The notes beneath the pieces are model-generated. The model worked only from the letters and a program-made list of their open reading frames with translations. It did not search any database and had not been told where the DNA came from. This document shows, piece after piece, positions 51,539 to 53,737 of a stretch of 53,737 bases of DNA (positions are counted from its first letter, which is position 1; every line of letters starts with the position of its first letter). This DNA comes from a virus (lineage: Duplodnaviria > Caudoviricetes): positions 1 through 53,737 of the IMG/VR virus record IMGVR_UViG_3300017745_000008; one strand, written 5' to 3'. The position numbers were made by a program, and so were the translations under genes.

Positions 51539-51803
51539 TGATTTCTCCTTTAGCAATTTGTTCACGACGTTTTAGTTTCCATACGATGTAATCCATTGTA
51601 GGGATACACATGGGATTCCAACCAACAAAGGTAGTTGATTCTCCACTAGGTATCTTCCAACACTCAGCATTATCATTCTCAAGGTCTAATGACTTACGAT
51701 ACTCATCCTCACCAAACATAACAACAGCACGTTCTGCTTGGTTCAAACTTCTAAAGCAATCGAAACCAAGTTTTCTAATCTCATCAGGGACGTGGTGTTT
51801 CAT
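51531..51803 (-). CDS. Hypothetical protein
   Basis: 90 aa, ATGA overlap with purC. Confidence 0.65.
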   Translation of the reverse strand: MKHHVPDEIRKLGFDCFRSLNQAERAVVMFGEDEYRKSLDLENDNAECWKIPSGESTTFVGWNPMCIPTMDYIVWKLKRREQIAKGEIIG

Positions 51804-52498
51804 TGAATAGCAAGTGGTTGTAGTTTATCAAGGATTTGACGATAGGCAGGCACAATATCACCTTCATCCTTTCGGAATAGATCCTTATCGAATCTTTCGT
51901 TACTACCAATCTTCCATAGTCTCATACTATCAGGACTAATCTCATCAGCAAGTAGCAACTCACCGTGAGCAGTATAACCATACTCAACTTTAAAATCTAC
52001 AAGATCAATACCCATGATGTAGAACATCTGTCGAAGATAATCGTTAATCCGTAGCGTCATCTCAATAAAGGGCTCGGGATCATATCCCATCAGACGCACC
52101 CGATCTTTAGTGAGAAGTGGATCTTGCTTGCTATCATCTTTAAGAAAAAACTCAACGATAGGAAAAGGTAGCGAATAACCCTCTTTAAGAGTTGTCTCGC
52201 GAACAATAGATCCAGCAGCCCGGTTTCTACAAATAACTTCTAAGGGAACAATATCTACCTTCTTACAGATCATCTTGTTAGCGCCAACCATATTAATGTA
52301 ATGAGTTGGGATATTGTCTTTAGCAAGTTTCTCAAAAATAACGGACGAGATGCTACAACAAAGAGACCCTTTTCCTAAAGGATGGTCTTCCTTCTCTCCA
52401 TTACCAGCAGTCACTTTATCATGATACTCAATGATGACACGATCAGCATCATCACCAGCGTATACAGTTTTGACCTTGCCTTCTACAATTACTTCCAT
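51800..52498 (-). CDS. purC: SAICAR synthetase
   Basis: EGKVK.VY, PLEVICRN.AAGS, LVDFKVEYG, LADEISPDS.RLW, DKD.FR. Confidence 0.97.
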   Translation of the reverse strand: MEVIVEGKVKTVYAGDDADRVIIEYHDKVTAGNGEKEDHPLGKGSLCCSISSVIFEKLAKDNIPTHYINMVGANKMICKKVDIVPLEVICRNRAAGSIVRETTLKEGYSLPFPIVEFFLKDDSKQDPLLTKDRVRLMGYDPEPFIEMTLRINDYLRQMFYIMGIDLVDFKVEYGYTAHGELLLADEISPDSMRLWKIGSNERFDKDLFRKDEGDIVPAYRQILDKLQPLAIQ

Positions 52499-52692
52499 CA
52501 GTCATCCTCCATTTTATATGTAATAGTAATTTGATTATACACTTCGTCTCTATTGTCACTGTTGTATACATGGCAGCGTTCTACCTTAGCATCTAACAAT
52601 TTTTCTATATTTTTAAGTTGCCATTCAGCGGCATACTTATTAAACCCATCGTTCATCCAACTCTTATTAGATCCTGGTGTGTTAAATTCCAT
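52498..52692 (-). CDS. Hypothetical protein
   Basis: 64 aa, coupled on both sides. Confidence 0.6.
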   Translation of the reverse strand: MEFNTPGSNKSWMNDGFNKYAAEWQLKNIEKLLDAKVERCHVYNSDNRDEVYNQITITYKMEDD

Positions 52693-52967
52693 TATTCAAT
52701 ACCTGGTGGGAAGGCTTCAATCTCTGATAATTCGTAGTCCCAGTCTTCCATAACAACATTCGCGTAGAGACGATCAGAAAGGGTTTCAATTTCTTTTTCT
52801 GCATACTCCCTGCTTGGAGCTTCTAACCAAACATCAATTACTTTGCCTAGCCTAAGCTTTTTAATGTCTAGCTCGGACAACCGCTTAGAGGCGTCTCTTA
52901 CGGCATTGCCAGGAGAATCATCCACCTGAGATCTGAGACGGATGAATATTAATGCTTTAAATCTCAT
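52692..52967 (-). CDS. purS: FGAM synthase subunit PurS
   Basis: V.DSPG.AV, LRLGKVI, LYANVVMED. Confidence 0.9.
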   Translation of the reverse strand: MRFKALIFIRLRSQVDDSPGNAVRDASKRLSELDIKKLRLGKVIDVWLEAPSREYAEKEIETLSDRLYANVVMEDWDYELSEIEAFPPGIE

Positions 52968-52990
52968 CTGGGTTTACTTAACATATAACG

Positions 52991-53019
52991 ATTATACAAT
53001 AAAAAACCACCCCTGTCAA
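52991..53019 (-). promoter_or_regulatory. Sigma70-type promoter of pur block
   Basis: TTGACA-N17-TATAAT. Confidence 0.88.
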
Positions 53020-53027
53020 GAGGTGGT
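53001..53027 (-). terminator. psbD terminator
   Basis: ACCACCTC-TTGACA-GGGGTGGT then T-run. Confidence 0.8.
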
Positions 53028-53046
53028 GGACGGTTTAGGAAGTGGT

Positions 53047-53736
53047 TTAGAGTGCGTTACCTCTCGGAAGAACTTCCTCTGGAAATACAAACCGTTCATG
53101 GGGTTGGTCAACAGGTGCCAACCAAGCACGTAGTCCCTCGTTTAATAATATGTTCTTTGTATAGAACGTTTCAAACTCAGGATCTTCTGCTGCTCTAATC
53201 TCTTGACTCACAAAATCATAAGCACGAAGATTAAGAGCAAGCCCAATGATCCCAATAGAAGAGACCCAAAGACCCATGACAGGAACAAACAGCATAAAGA
53301 AGTGCAACCAACGCTTATTGCTAAACGCAACCCCGAAGATCTGCGACCAAAAACGGTTCGCAGTAACCATCGAGTAGGTCTCCTCCTCCTGAGTGGAATC
53401 GAACGCTTTAAATGTGTTTGCTTGATCGCCATCTTCATACAATGTGTTCTCTACTGTGACACCATGGATAGCGCTGAGTAGCGCTCCTCCTAGTATACCA
53501 GCAACTCCCATCATATGGAACGGGTTGAGCGTCCAGTTGTGGAAACCCTGTAGGAAGAGTAGGAACCTAAAGATCGCTGCAACGCCAAACGACGGCGCAA
53601 AGAACCAACTGGATTGTCCGAGAGGATAGATGAGAAACACACTGACAAAAACAGCGATAGGCCCAGAGAACGCAATAGCATTATACGGACGAATTCCAAT
53701 TAACCTAGCCAACTCGAACTGACGAAGCATGAAGCC
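53047..53736 (-). CDS. psbD: Photosystem II D2 protein, 3' part (5' end outside window)
   Basis: [51 protein letters not shown]. Confidence 0.98.
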   Translation of the reverse strand, partial: GFMLRQFELARLIGIRPYNAIAFSGPIAVFVSVFLIYPLGQSSWFFAPSFGVAAIFRFLLFLQGFHNWTLNPFHMMGVAGILGGALLSAIHGVTVENTLYEDGDQANTFKAFDSTQEEETYSMVTANRFWSQIFGVAFSNKRWLHFFMLFVPVMGLWVSSIGIIGLALNLRAYDFVSQEIRAAEDPEFETFYTKNILLNEGLRAWLAPVDQPHERFVFPEEVLPRGNAL

Positions 53737-53737
53737 A

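Noticed and set aside
1-53737. CRISPR array, integrase or transposase
   Set aside because: No regularly spaced short repeats and no recognisable Cas, integrase or transposase motifs; the Mu-like similarity is limited to virion genes
1-53737. Stop-codon reassignment
   Set aside because: Recognisable genes are full length under code 11 and end in TAA, TAG and TGA; no suppressor tRNA

Overview
Part of a large, AT-rich marine cyanophage (myovirus) genome that is not T4-like. It combines a mitochondrial Pol-gamma-like family A DNA polymerase with a Mu-type head/neck set (DUF935 portal, gpI-like protease/scaffold, cement, major capsid, gp36, gp37). The polymerase is the hallmark of the S-TIM5-like lineage. 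Positions 1-26 kb hold mostly structural genes in scrambled, divergent operons. Positions 26-54 kb hold the polymerase, host-metabolism genes (gnd, CP12, talC, nblA-like, two hli, speD, purM/purC/purS, partial psbD), six intact tRNAs, a probable tRNA-Ser relic, a manA-like RNA and many small ORFs. The most notable observations are: a recurrent GTTTAAAG motif in front of late genes, including a nested scaffold gene; a repeated candidate protease-cleavage motif shared by scaffold, portal and a protein kinase; an unexplained cloverleaf-like RNA candidate; a captured AbrB-like regulator; and a Dam-like protein with a lost catalytic motif. All family calls come from motif recognition by eye; no searches were run.
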